A DNA stretch of 64,000 nucleotides, taken from assembly GCA_021818955.1 (NCBI GenBank), contig JAKASR010000004.1, forward strand, positions 100,365 to 164,364, in the 5' to 3' direction. This document shows, piece after piece, positions 26,206 to 35,447 of this stretch (positions within the stretch are counted from its first letter, which is position 1; each line of letters starts with the position of its first letter). Both the position numbers and the translations under genes were made by a program. The notes beneath the pieces were generated by a model. It saw only the letters and a program-made list of their open reading frames with translations, made no database searches and was not told where the DNA came from. Source of the DNA: Acidobacteriota bacterium (GTDB lineage Bacteria; Acidobacteriota; Terriglobia; Terriglobales; SCQP01).

Positions 26206-27885
26206 CTAGGGCTGGGCATTCAACTGAGTGTATAAGGCGCGGGCGGCGGCTAAATCCGGCTGCAAGGCCAAGGCGGCGGCGATTTCGCGGCGAGCGACCA
26301 GCCGCTGGCCACGCGCCAGTGCGGCGCGCGCCAGCACCAGGTGCGGCTCCGCTGCGGGGGCAATGGCCAGCGCGGCTTGAGCCTCATACCGCGCCTCGGA
26401 CCAATTGCCGCGGGCGGCGTAGATTTGCGCTAATCCGGCATGGGCTCCGGCCGCTTGTTCGTCCAGCGCCAGGGCGGCGCGGTAATCGCGTTCCGCGCCG
26501 TCGAGCGCGCCCGCGCGCAGCAGCGAATTGCCCTGCCGTAAATACAATTGTACTTGCCGGGCGCGCGCCAGGCGGCTTGCCTTTTGCTCGGCAAACGCCA
26601 CCAGGGCCGCCGCCAACTGGCGAAATCGGTTGGCGGGGAAATGCTGGCTGGGGGTTTCCATCTGCGCCGCCAGAGCCGGCTGCGGTCCTGCCGGCGACTT
26701 TTGCAGTTCGTATATCCACTGCGACAGTTTGGTTTTTTCCGGGAAGGGCGCCTGGTCGCGAGCGTGGCGCAGCCAACGCAGAGCCCGGGCAATTTGGCCG
26801 CGGCGGCATTCATCGGCCGCTAGATTGATTTCCAGAGGCACGGCGGCGGCCGTATCCAATCCGGTTTGCTCCAAGCCGCGGCGGAAAATCTGTTCCGCCA
26901 TGGGATTGGAGCGCCGCGCTTCGGCCAAGCCCCAGTTATTGAGCACTTCGGGCAACGGCAGCAGGGTGGCAATGCGCTGGAGAAACAGCGCCGCGCGCAA
27001 GTTTTGGCCCAGCGCCAGGGCCGCCCGGCCGGCCAGAAATTGCGCCCGCCAATAATGGGGGTCGTTTTGGCGCAGGCGAGTAAGCCAACGGAGCGAGGCC
27101 GCGGCATCGCCGTTTATCAGATACCAGCGCCCCAATTGGTAAATGGCCAGGGCATAGCCGGGTTGAATGTGCGCCGCAGCGCGAAAATAATACAACTGTT
27201 GTTGCGGCCGTGACGTCATAAGACCACGAATGTAGCTTTCAAAAGCCGGCAAAGCTACGGGTGGTTGCCGGCGCCAGAACTGCTCGAAGCTGGAATTCCA
27301 GTGGGGATCGATCCAGCGCCGCAATTTCCAACCCAGCCGCGCCTGCAGCCATTGCAGGTGATCCAGGGGTACAGGCTGCGCCGCAAGTCGCCAGAGATGC
27401 TCCCGGCGCAGATCAATCAAATCCGCCCGCGCGGTCAGATGCCCATCGTTGTAATCGTAAGCCCCCAAAATCAGCCAGCGTGCGTCCACATTGTCTGCCA
27501 CTTGTATCAGCGTCGCCCGGCTGAGGGTGGGCAGCATGGGGATGCCTTCACGATCGAATGCCGCCTGGCGTTGCCGCCGGCTCAAGATTTCCACCCTATC
27601 CCCCGCAATGGTTTGTGCCAGGTTCTCGGCAAAACTCTCCCCGATCCATTCCAGGCTCGGATTGGCGGCTCGATCCTGGAAAGGAATGATCATGCACAAA
27701 GAACCGGCGGCAGGAACGGAAGGAGCCGCCGGCGGGGCGGATGGCATGCGCGCCGAACCCGACAGCGGGGCGGATGCGGAAGTCGCGGCCGCGGCGGTCG
27801 CCGCTTGCGCCCGGAGCGGCAAACCCAGCCCGGCGAATAGCCCGAGACTGCAAAGCGCAAGCCGGATTCCGGCGCGATAATTCAT
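26206..27885 (-). CDS. TPR repeat protein with signal peptide
   Basis: Start moved to ATG 27885 (MNYRAGIRLALCSLGLFAGLGLPLRAQA). The C-terminal half is repeated TPR-like helices (YALAIYQLGRWYLINGD, AGLAQIYAARGNWSEARYEAQAALAIAP...). Confidence 0.7.
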   Translation of the reverse strand: MNYRAGIRLALCSLGLFAGLGLPLRAQAATAAAATSASAPLSGSARMPSAPPAAPSVPAAGSLCMIIPFQDRAANPSLEWIGESFAENLAQTIAGDRVEILSRRQRQAAFDREGIPMLPTLSRATLIQVADNVDARWLILGAYDYNDGHLTARADLIDLRREHLWRLAAQPVPLDHLQWLQARLGWKLRRWIDPHWNSSFEQFWRRQPPVALPAFESYIRGLMTSRPQQQLYYFRAAAHIQPGYALAIYQLGRWYLINGDAAASLRWLTRLRQNDPHYWRAQFLAGRAALALGQNLRAALFLQRIATLLPLPEVLNNWGLAEARRSNPMAEQIFRRGLEQTGLDTAAAVPLEINLAADECRRGQIARALRWLRHARDQAPFPEKTKLSQWIYELQKSPAGPQPALAAQMETPSQHFPANRFRQLAAALVAFAEQKASRLARARQVQLYLRQGNSLLRAGALDGAERDYRAALALDEQAAGAHAGLAQIYAARGNWSEARYEAQAALAIAPAAEPHLVLARAALARGQRLVARREIAAALALQPDLAAARALYTQLNAQP

Positions 27886-27990
27886 GGATAAATCCAATAA
27901 ATCACAAGAGTTAGGACGTTTTACGATATACGATTGTAGCCGGTTTTCGGGAGGGCGGCAGCTCGGGAAAATTTCCCGTAAAATAAGCGC

Positions 27991-28902
27991 ATGCCCACCT
28001 GCTCCGCTTGCCAAGCAGCCAATCCCGCCGATGCCCGCTTTTGCGTTCGCTGTGGCGCGCCGCTCGCCGGCGAGGCTGCCGCAAATTCGACTTCGCCCGC
28101 GTCCTCCCCTGTCAATCAAGGCAGGCTGGGCAACGCCACCTATCGCGTCTCCGGCTACGAGATGCAAGCGGTCGTGGTCAATCTTTCCGCTGGCGAAACG
28201 GTGCAGGCCGAACCCGGCATGCTGCTCTACATGCGCGGCCAGATCGGCATGCAGACGGGCACGGGCGGGGGAGTAATGGCCGGTTTCAAGCGCGCCCTGG
28301 CGGGCGATTCCTTCTTTTTATCGGAATTCAGCGGGCCGGGCGAAGTGGCGTTTGCCGCGCCTTATCCCGGCACCATTCATCCCGTTGCGATCGGCGCCGG
28401 CGAAACCCAGACCTGGCTCTGCCAGCGGCACTCCTTCCTCTGCTGCACGCCGGGGGTGACCATCTCGGTGGCTTTCAGCCAGAAGCTGAGCTACGGCATG
28501 TTCAGCGGCGAAGGCTTCATCTTACAAAAACTTGCCGGAGCCGGACAGGCGTTGCTGCACGCCGGCGGGCATTTCATCCGCATGGAACTGGCGCCGGGCG
28601 AACAGATTCGAGTGGATACCGGCAGCGTGGTGGCCTTCGATAGCCGCGCCAGCTACACTATCGAGTTCGTCAAAGGAGTAAAAAACGCGCTGTTCGGCGG
28701 CGAGGGCCTGTTTTTTATTGTGCTCACCGGGCCCGCCGTGGTCATCTTGCAGTCGCTATCCTTCGATCGCCTGGTGAGCCGCATCGCCGCCCAAGCGCAA
28801 CTTAGCTCCGGACAAAACGCCGGCGCCGCCGTAGGCTTGGGCGCGCTGGGCGGCATGTTGGGCGGCATGCTGGGCGGGGGCGGTAACACCGGCAATTGGT
28901 GA
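27991..28902 (+). CDS. AIM24/DUF124 (TIGR00266-like) family protein with N-terminal zinc ribbon
   Basis: CSACQAANPADARFCVRCGAPL zinc-ribbon. AIM24-type core: YEMQAVVVNLSAGETVQAEPGMLLYM...LAGDSFFLSEFSGPGEVAFAAPYPGTI...GEGFILQKLAGAGQALLHAGG. Gly/Met-rich tail. Confidence 0.75.
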   Translation: MPTCSACQAANPADARFCVRCGAPLAGEAAANSTSPASSPVNQGRLGNATYRVSGYEMQAVVVNLSAGETVQAEPGMLLYMRGQIGMQTGTGGGVMAGFKRALAGDSFFLSEFSGPGEVAFAAPYPGTIHPVAIGAGETQTWLCQRHSFLCCTPGVTISVAFSQKLSYGMFSGEGFILQKLAGAGQALLHAGGHFIRMELAPGEQIRVDTGSVVAFDSRASYTIEFVKGVKNALFGGEGLFFIVLTGPAVVILQSLSFDRLVSRIAAQAQLSSGQNAGAAVGLGALGGMLGGMLGGGGNTGNW

Positions 28903-28944
28903 GTCGGGTAGCCAAGCGAAAACTTTCCACCCCGGGTTGAGCCG

Positions 28945-29787
28945 CTACTTCGTCTTCCGCCGGAACAGCATCCTTAATGGATCGAAGTACTCGTCCACCA
29001 CGCGCTCTTTCAGCGGAATGATGGCGTTGTCGGTAATGTGGATGCCTTCCGGGCAAACCTTGGTGCAGCATTTGGTAATGTTGCACAAGCCCAGGCCGAA
29101 TTCTTCGCGCAGCGCTTTCAGCCGCGAGCCCTGATCAATCGGATGCATTTCGAGCGCGGCCATGTGGGTAAAAAAGCGCGGACCGGCGAATTCATCAAAC
29201 CCCTGGTGTTCGCGCAGGACATGGCAGACGTCCTGGCAGAGATAGCACTCGATGCATTTCCGAAACTCCTGCACCCGGTCCATATCCTGCTGCTGCACGC
29301 GCCAAGTGCCGTCGGAATCGTCGGGCGGGCGCGGCGTAAGCGGCTGGATGCGCCGCTTAATCGAATAATTCCAGGAAACGTCGGTCACCAGGTCACGGAT
29401 CAGGGGAAAGGTTCGCATCGGCTCGATTTGCACCGGTTTATCGAGCGGCAGGTGATTCAGCCGGGTCATGCACATCAGGCGCGGCATGCCATTGATTTCC
29501 GCCGAGCAGGAACCGCATTTGCCGGCCTTGCAGTTCCAGCGCACGGCCAGATCGGGCGCCTGTTCGGCCTGGATGCGATGCACGGCGTCGAGCACCACCA
29601 TGCCCTCGCTGATTTCCAGCGGATAATCCACGAAACCCGAACCGCTTTGGGAAGCGCGCTCGGTATCGCGGGGCGCAGTGGCGCCGCGCCAGATGCGGAA
29701 GATCGCCCTGGACATTTTGCTTTCTCCTCGATCCTCGCCGTGCAGGCCCTCGCGAACGCCGGAGGGCTTGAAGGTCGCGCTGGCCAT
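28945..29787 (-). CDS. sdhB: succinate dehydrogenase/fumarate reductase iron-sulfur subunit
   Basis: Three cluster motifs: CKAGKCGSCSAEINGMPRLMC, CIECYLCQDVC, CNITKCCTKVCP. An alternative start at ATG 29715 (MSRAIFRIWRG, GAGGAG upstream) is equally plausible. Confidence 0.9.
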   Translation of the reverse strand: MASATFKPSGVREGLHGEDRGESKMSRAIFRIWRGATAPRDTERASQSGSGFVDYPLEISEGMVVLDAVHRIQAEQAPDLAVRWNCKAGKCGSCSAEINGMPRLMCMTRLNHLPLDKPVQIEPMRTFPLIRDLVTDVSWNYSIKRRIQPLTPRPPDDSDGTWRVQQQDMDRVQEFRKCIECYLCQDVCHVLREHQGFDEFAGPRFFTHMAALEMHPIDQGSRLKALREEFGLGLCNITKCCTKVCPEGIHITDNAIIPLKERVVDEYFDPLRMLFRRKTK

Positions 29788-29789
29788 GA

Positions 29790-31610
29790 TTATTTCATCT
29801 CCTCAATAATCACCTGCAGCGGCGCCGGCATGGGCGGCAGCGGCTGCCGGCGCAGCTCCATGCGCCCATCGCCGCCGCGCCGCAACACCTGGTTAAACCC
29901 GCCATATTCGGGGCTTTTTTCGGGGAAATCCTCACGAAAATGCGCACCCCGGCTTTCCTTGCGTTCGAGCGCGGCCCGGGTGATGGCTTCGGCCACGAGC
30001 AACAGGTTGCGCAAGTCGAGCGCGGTATGCCAGCCGGGATTGTACTCCCGATTGCCGGCGACGCCGACCCGCTCCGCGCGCTGGCGCAGGTTTTCGAGCT
30101 TGGTCAAGGCCTGTTCCATTTCGTCCGCCCGGCGCACGATGCCGACATGGCTTTGCATCATGACCTGCAGATCCTGCTGAATCAGGAACGGACTGCTCTC
30201 GGCGGAAGCGGCGCGCTCGAAGGGCGCAACCGCGGCGCGCGCGGCGGCCTCGATCTGGGCTTCGTCGGGCCGAGCCGGACCGTGCTGTTGCGCGAATTCC
30301 GCCGCATATTGGCCGGCGCGATTGCCGAAGACCAGCAGGTCGGAAAGCGAGTTGCCGCCCAGCCGGTTGGCGCCATGCAGGCCCGCGGCGCACTCGCCCG
30401 CGGCAAACAAGCCCGGCACACTCGACATCTGCGTATCGGCATCCACCCGCACCCCGCCCATCGCATAATGCGTCGTCGGCCCAATTTCCATCGGCTCGCG
30501 GGTGATATCCAGGTCGGCCAGCTCTTTAAATTGCTGGTACATGCTGGGCAGTTTGCGGCGAATGTGCTCGCCGGCATTGGGGATTTTTTCCGCGATCCAG
30601 GCAATATCAAGATAGACGCCGCCATGCGGGCTGCCGCGCCCCTGCTTGATCTCGCGCACGATGCAGCGGGCCACATGGTCGCGGGTCAGCAGTTCGGGCG
30701 GACGGCGGGCATTGCGGTCGCCGGTGACGTAGCGCCAGCCTTCCTCGGGATTGTCGGCGGTCTGGTTGCGGTAGAGCGGCGGTATGTCGTCGAACATAAA
30801 CCGCTTGCCTTCGCTGTTGCGTAACACGCCGCCTTCGCCGCGCACCCCTTCCGTCACCAGCACGCCGCGCACGCTGGGCGGCCATACCATGCCGGTAGGA
30901 TGGAACTGGACGAACTCCATGTCCATTAGCTCCGCACCGGCGCGGTACGCCAGCGCCGGACCATCGCCGGTGTATTCCCAGCTATTGCTGGTGATTTGGA
31001 AAGCGCGGCCGAACCCGCCCGTGGCCAGCACCACGGCGCGGGCGCGAAACACGCGCAGGCGCCCGCGTTCGCGGTCATAACCAATCGCGCCGGCGATGCG
31101 GCCGTCGTCGAGCAGCAGCGCCACCAGCGTGGTTTCCATGTGGGTGGTCATGCCGCGATGAATGCCGTGATCCTGCAGGGTGCGGATCATCTCCAGGCCG
31201 GTGCGGTCGCCCACGTGCGCCAGGCGGGGATAGCGATGGCCGCCGAAGTTGCGCTGCAGAATGCGCCCATCGTGGGTGCGGTCGAACACCGCGCCCCAGG
31301 CTTCCAACTCGCGCACCCGCTCGGGCGCCTCCTTGGCGTGCAGTTCGGCCATGCGCCACTGGTTTAGATACGCGCCGCCGCGCATGGTATCGGAAAAGTG
31401 CACTTTCCAGTTGTCGCGCTCATCCACGTTGGCCAGGGCAGCCGCTACGCCCCCTTCGGCCATGACGGTGTGTGCTTTCCCCAATAACGACTTCATGACC
31501 ACGCCGACTTTAGCGCCGGCGGCGGAGGCGGCAATCGCCGCGCGCAGGCCAGCGCCACCGGCGCCGACCACCAGCACGTCGTACTCGTGCGCTTCGTAGG
31601 CAACGCTCAT
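29790..31610 (-). CDS. sdhA: succinate dehydrogenase/fumarate reductase flavoprotein subunit
   Basis: YDVLVVGAGGAGLRAA FAD fold. AHTVMAEGG (covalent-FAD His region). Family-typical length. Start placed at ATG 31610 (MSVAYEAHEYDV...), which gives an ATGA overlap with the sdhC stop. The track start 31625 would overlap sdhC by 19 nt. Confidence 0.92.
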   Translation of the reverse strand: MSVAYEAHEYDVLVVGAGGAGLRAAIAASAAGAKVGVVMKSLLGKAHTVMAEGGVAAALANVDERDNWKVHFSDTMRGGAYLNQWRMAELHAKEAPERVRELEAWGAVFDRTHDGRILQRNFGGHRYPRLAHVGDRTGLEMIRTLQDHGIHRGMTTHMETTLVALLLDDGRIAGAIGYDRERGRLRVFRARAVVLATGGFGRAFQITSNSWEYTGDGPALAYRAGAELMDMEFVQFHPTGMVWPPSVRGVLVTEGVRGEGGVLRNSEGKRFMFDDIPPLYRNQTADNPEEGWRYVTGDRNARRPPELLTRDHVARCIVREIKQGRGSPHGGVYLDIAWIAEKIPNAGEHIRRKLPSMYQQFKELADLDITREPMEIGPTTHYAMGGVRVDADTQMSSVPGLFAAGECAAGLHGANRLGGNSLSDLLVFGNRAGQYAAEFAQQHGPARPDEAQIEAAARAAVAPFERAASAESSPFLIQQDLQVMMQSHVGIVRRADEMEQALTKLENLRQRAERVGVAGNREYNPGWHTALDLRNLLLVAEAITRAALERKESRGAHFREDFPEKSPEYGGFNQVLRRGGDGRMELRRQPLPPMPAPLQVIIEEMK

Positions 31611-32407
31611 CGCAGAATTCTCCAATCATGCCAGATACCCATCGCGCACAGCCGCACGTAAAGGTCGGAAAATGCTACCCAGAACAGGCTGAACCAGGCC
31701 CAGGTCATGTGGCGCTCGTTCAATTTAGTCACGCAGCGGTAGGCGCAGGCGTGGCCGGGCTGGCTGGAGAGCTTGTCGCGCCCGCCGCCGATCAGATGGC
31801 GCAAGGAATGGCAACCGAAGGTATAGCCGGCGAGCAGCACCACATTCAGGAGCAGCACCAGCGTGCCGACCCCGATGCCGAACTCGCGTCCGCCGCTCGC
31901 GGTGCGAAACCACATCGCATCCCAGGCGTCTTTACCCAGGATGAAAATGAAGAACACCGCAATGTACATGAAATAGCGGTGCACATTTTGCAGAATCAGC
32001 GGAAAGCGCCGCTCGCCGCGATATTTCAGCCGCGGCTCGCCCACCGCGCAGGCGGGCGGATCGGCCCAATGCGATTTATAGTACGCGCCGCGGTAATAGT
32101 AACAACTCACGCGGAAGCCGCCCGGAGCCCAGAGAATCAGCAAAGCGGGCGAGATATTTACCAGCCAATGCGGGGGCACGCCAAACCAGCTATGGATGCC
32201 GCCGTGGGACCAGAACAGCAGGGGAGAATAAAACGGCGAAAGGTAGTTGTGGAAATAAAAATAATTTCCCTGCAATGCCGCCCAGGTGGCGTACACCACG
32301 AAGGCGGTCAGCCCCAGAAAAACCGAACTGGGGTACAGCCACCAGGCGTCGCGGCGCGAAGTATTGCCCAAGCCGCCCCGCCGTATGCCTACATCTAGCG
32401 ATCCCAT
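31607..32407 (-). CDS. sdhC: succinate dehydrogenase cytochrome b subunit (single large membrane anchor)
   Basis: Polytopic membrane protein (about 5 hydrophobic helices with conserved His residues). Lies immediately upstream of sdhA and is translationally coupled to it. Confidence 0.75.
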   Translation of the reverse strand: MGSLDVGIRRGGLGNTSRRDAWWLYPSSVFLGLTAFVVYATWAALQGNYFYFHNYLSPFYSPLLFWSHGGIHSWFGVPPHWLVNISPALLILWAPGGFRVSCYYYRGAYYKSHWADPPACAVGEPRLKYRGERRFPLILQNVHRYFMYIAVFFIFILGKDAWDAMWFRTASGGREFGIGVGTLVLLLNVVLLAGYTFGCHSLRHLIGGGRDKLSSQPGHACAYRCVTKLNERHMTWAWFSLFWVAFSDLYVRLCAMGIWHDWRILR

Positions 32408-32591
32408 CGCTCACCCTCCCGAAATGCGGCTGCCGCCATCCGTCCCGGCTTTCGAGCCGTGGCTTCCGCCGGCAAGTGGCCGTAAGCCAAGAATTTTCAC
32501 ACTAAGCCATGCCGCGCTGCAAATGCAAGTTATCCGGGGTGACGCCCGACACATTCGCGCCAAGCCGCAGGCCGGGGAGTATGATGATTTT

Positions 32592-32777
32592 ATGAGCGAA
32601 TCGTTAATTGCGGCGCGCTGGGTGGGGGCGCTGCTGCTCGCCGCAGGTATTGGGCTTTATGCCGCCGGGTCGGCGATTGGCCCCGAAGCGCTGCATATTG
32701 TTCTCATGTTCGCCGGCGTTCTGCTGGGCGTGGCCGGCTTGCGCCGCATCTTCGATCCCAGCGGCTGCGGCACCTGA
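32592..32777 (+). CDS. hypothetical small membrane protein (61 aa, two predicted TM helices)
   Basis: MSESLIAARWVGALLLAAGIGLYAAGSAIGPEALHIVLMFAGVLLGVAGLRRIFDPSGCGT. Third-position GC looks similar to neighbouring genes. GGGGAG lies about 14 nt upstream. No family recognised. Confidence 0.4.
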   Translation: MSESLIAARWVGALLLAAGIGLYAAGSAIGPEALHIVLMFAGVLLGVAGLRRIFDPSGCGT

Positions 32778-32883
32778 CAGCGCTAACCCTGCAGGCCGCG
32801 GGCCGGCCTGAAATAAAACTGCCAGAATCAACGGAGCGCTGTCCGCTAAGGACAGACGCGCGGCCGCTTCGGGCGGAAATCTA

Positions 32884-33105
32884 GCGGCACGGCCGCTTTT
32901 ACTTTTAGGCGCTGACGCTTTCGCAAAGGTCCGGCCGAAACCGGACACATTGCGAATACTCATGGATGCCGAAAGTTTATTGTCGTGAATAGGCGCGGAA
33001 TCTAACAGGAACCCCGCGCGAACCCGGCCTGCGCGCATGGTTTGAGGCAATTTCTTCGAAATTGCCAATGACGAAAACTACTGCCCGACTCGGCCGTTAA
33101 CGCTT
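32884..33105 (+). repeat. hairpin-rich intergenic repeat of about 222 nt, copy 3
   Basis: About 17 mismatches to copy 1 over 222 nt by hand alignment. Same four hairpins. The loop of the last hairpin is ttc instead of ctc. Ends 128 nt before the M28 peptidase ATG. Confidence 0.85.
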
Positions 33106-33233
33106 TTTGGCTAAGAAACCTGCCACGGCTATATTTCTGAGGCCGCTTCTAAGAAATAGTTGCTCTGCTCCCATGCGTAGTGCATACTCCCGCCGTGCGG
33201 CTTTTCAAGGTGGCCGCCGGAGGACGCACGCCC

Positions 33234-35444
33234 ATGCGCACGCGCATCTTATTGCTAGTTCCCGTCTGCCTGTTGCTGCTGGCCGCTCAGGCTCCGGTTC
33301 AGGCTCCCGCTCGTTTCCCTCGCGGCGCGGCGCGGTCCGCGGCAACGCCCCGACCGGATCGCAATTTGCGCGGCTTCTCCTTGACCGCCGCGCATCGGGA
33401 ACTCATCTGGGAGCGGCGCTTCGACCGCCTTCCCCAGGGGGCGCATATACGCGCCGTCATGCAGCATCTCAGCGCCTATCCGCACCATCTCGGCTCACCC
33501 TACGATTACCAGAACGCGCTCTGGATTCTGCATAAATTCCAGCAATACGGGCTCGACGCTCATATCGAAAAATTCATGGTGTTGTTTCCCACGCCGAAAC
33601 AGCGCCTGGTGGAAATGGTTGCGCCGAAAACCTACAAAGCCAAGCTGAAGGAGCCATCCATCGCGGCGGATCCCACTTCGGGGCAATCCGGCCAGTTGCC
33701 CACCTATAACGCCTACTCCGGCGACGGGGACGTGACCGCCTCGCTGGTGTATGTCAACTATGGCGTCCCGGCGGACTATGCCCGGCTGGCCAAACTGGGC
33801 ATTAATGTCCAAGGCAAGATCGTGCTCGCGCGTTATGGCCATAGCTGGCGCGGCATCAAGCCCAAGCTGGCGCACCAGCATGGCGCGATCGGCTGCATCA
33901 TTTATTCCGATCCGCGCGACGATGGCTATTTTCAAGGCGACGTTTTCCCCAAAGGGCCGTTTCGTCCCTGGCAGGGAGTACAACGCGGCAGCGTGATGGA
34001 GATGGAAAAATATCCGGGCGATCCCTCGACCCCGGGGTGGGGTTCGACGCCCGGAGCCCGGCATCTGCCACTCAATCAAATCACCAATCTGGAAAAAATA
34101 CCGGTGCTGCCCATTTCCTACGGCGACGCGCTGCCGCTGCTGCGCGCCCTGGGCGGCCCGGTCGCGCCGCCGAGCTGGAGAGGCGCGTTGCCGGTCACCT
34201 ATCATCTCGGGCCCGGACCGGCGCGCGTGCATCTGATCGTGCGCCAGCACTGGCAATTAGTTCCGCTCTATGATGTCATCGCCAAAATTCCCGGCCGGGT
34301 CTGGCCCGGACAATGGGTGATCCGCGGCAACCATTTCGATGCCTGGGTCAACGGCGCCGCCGACCCGATCAGCGGCCAGGCATCGCTGTTGGAGGAAGCC
34401 AAGGCCTACGGCCAACTGCTGCATCAGGGCTGGCGCCCCCGCCGCACCATCATCTACTGCGCCTGGGATGGCGAAGAGCCGGGCTTGCTGGGCTCGACCG
34501 AATGGTGCGAAACCCACGCCGCCGCCTTGCAGCAGCATGCGGTAGCCTATCTCAACTCCGATACCAGCATGCGCGGCATTCTGGGTATCGGTGGCAGCCA
34601 CAGCCTGGAACGCTTCGCCAATGAGGTGGCCACGGCGTTGCTCGATCCGCACAGCCGCGAAACGCTCTGGCAAATGCAGGTGGAGGCGCGCGCCCGCGCG
34701 CTGCGAAAAACGCATGTTGCCCGCCCGCTGGATGGGCATGATTTACATATTGGCGCGCTGGGATCCGGCTCCGATTACTCACCGTTCCTCCAGCATCTCG
34801 GCATTCCCACGCTCGATCTCGGTTTTTACAACCGCCAGCCCTTTGGGCAATACCATTCCATCTATGATGATTTTTACTGGTACACCCATTTTGGCGATCC
34901 CGGATTCCGCTACGAACGCAAGCTCGCCCAGGTTTTCGGCACGGCGGTGATGCGCCTGGCCGATGCCCAGGTATTGCCTTTGGAATACGGCGATTTCGCC
35001 GACACCATTTCCCGCTATGACCGGCAGTTGCATACGCTGGCGCGTCGCCAGGGCAACGCCGGCTTCAGCCTGAGCGAGTTGGATCTGGCGGCGGCGCGGG
35101 CGCGCCGCGCCGCCGCGGCCTATGATCGCGCCTATCGCCGCGCCGCCGGCGGCGGCGCGCTCTTCCGGCAAAGCTCCGCCGCCTTGGGCCGGCTCGACGC
35201 CGGCCTGGCCAAAACCGAGCAGGCTTTACTGAATCCGGCCGGCTTGCCCCGCCGCCCCTGGTACCGGCACACCATCTACGCTCCCGGCTATTACACCGGC
35301 TATGGAGTCAAAACCATGCCCGGCATCCGCGAGGCGCTGGAACAGAAAAACTACGCCGAAGCCGCCTTCCAGGAACGGAAAATCGTGGCGGCGCTCAATC
35401 GCTGGGCAGCGCGATTGGCACACCTGCGGGCGGAAGTGCAATAA
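33234..35444 (+). CDS. M28-family zinc peptidase, glutamate carboxypeptidase II (NAALADase/PSMA)-like, secreted
   Basis: Start moved to ATG 33234 (MRTRILLLVPVCLLLLAAQAP signal). PSMA-type motifs RGNHFDAWVNGAADPISG, CAWDGEEPGLLGSTEW, GSGSDYSPFLQHLGIP, YHSIYDDFYW. C-terminal transferrin-receptor-like dimerisation region. Confidence 0.85.
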   Translation: MRTRILLLVPVCLLLLAAQAPVQAPARFPRGAARSAATPRPDRNLRGFSLTAAHRELIWERRFDRLPQGAHIRAVMQHLSAYPHHLGSPYDYQNALWILHKFQQYGLDAHIEKFMVLFPTPKQRLVEMVAPKTYKAKLKEPSIAADPTSGQSGQLPTYNAYSGDGDVTASLVYVNYGVPADYARLAKLGINVQGKIVLARYGHSWRGIKPKLAHQHGAIGCIIYSDPRDDGYFQGDVFPKGPFRPWQGVQRGSVMEMEKYPGDPSTPGWGSTPGARHLPLNQITNLEKIPVLPISYGDALPLLRALGGPVAPPSWRGALPVTYHLGPGPARVHLIVRQHWQLVPLYDVIAKIPGRVWPGQWVIRGNHFDAWVNGAADPISGQASLLEEAKAYGQLLHQGWRPRRTIIYCAWDGEEPGLLGSTEWCETHAAALQQHAVAYLNSDTSMRGILGIGGSHSLERFANEVATALLDPHSRETLWQMQVEARARALRKTHVARPLDGHDLHIGALGSGSDYSPFLQHLGIPTLDLGFYNRQPFGQYHSIYDDFYWYTHFGDPGFRYERKLAQVFGTAVMRLADAQVLPLEYGDFADTISRYDRQLHTLARRQGNAGFSLSELDLAAARARRAAAAYDRAYRRAAGGGALFRQSSAALGRLDAGLAKTEQALLNPAGLPRRPWYRHTIYAPGYYTGYGVKTMPGIREALEQKNYAEAAFQERKIVAALNRWAARLAHLRAEVQ

Positions 35445-35447
35445 GCT

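Noticed and set aside
29038-30180. 380-aa plus-strand ORF across sdhB/sdhA. Similar long antisense ORFs occur at 29940..30824, 61637..62740, 47862..48821, 49476..50429, 8064..8885, 33495..34256 and 59644..60324
   Set aside because: Each overlaps a confidently identified gene on the other strand (Fe-S and FAD motifs, ExbD, kinase, polymerase, M28, PgsA). None shows any family signature. Long open antisense frames are expected at this GC content.
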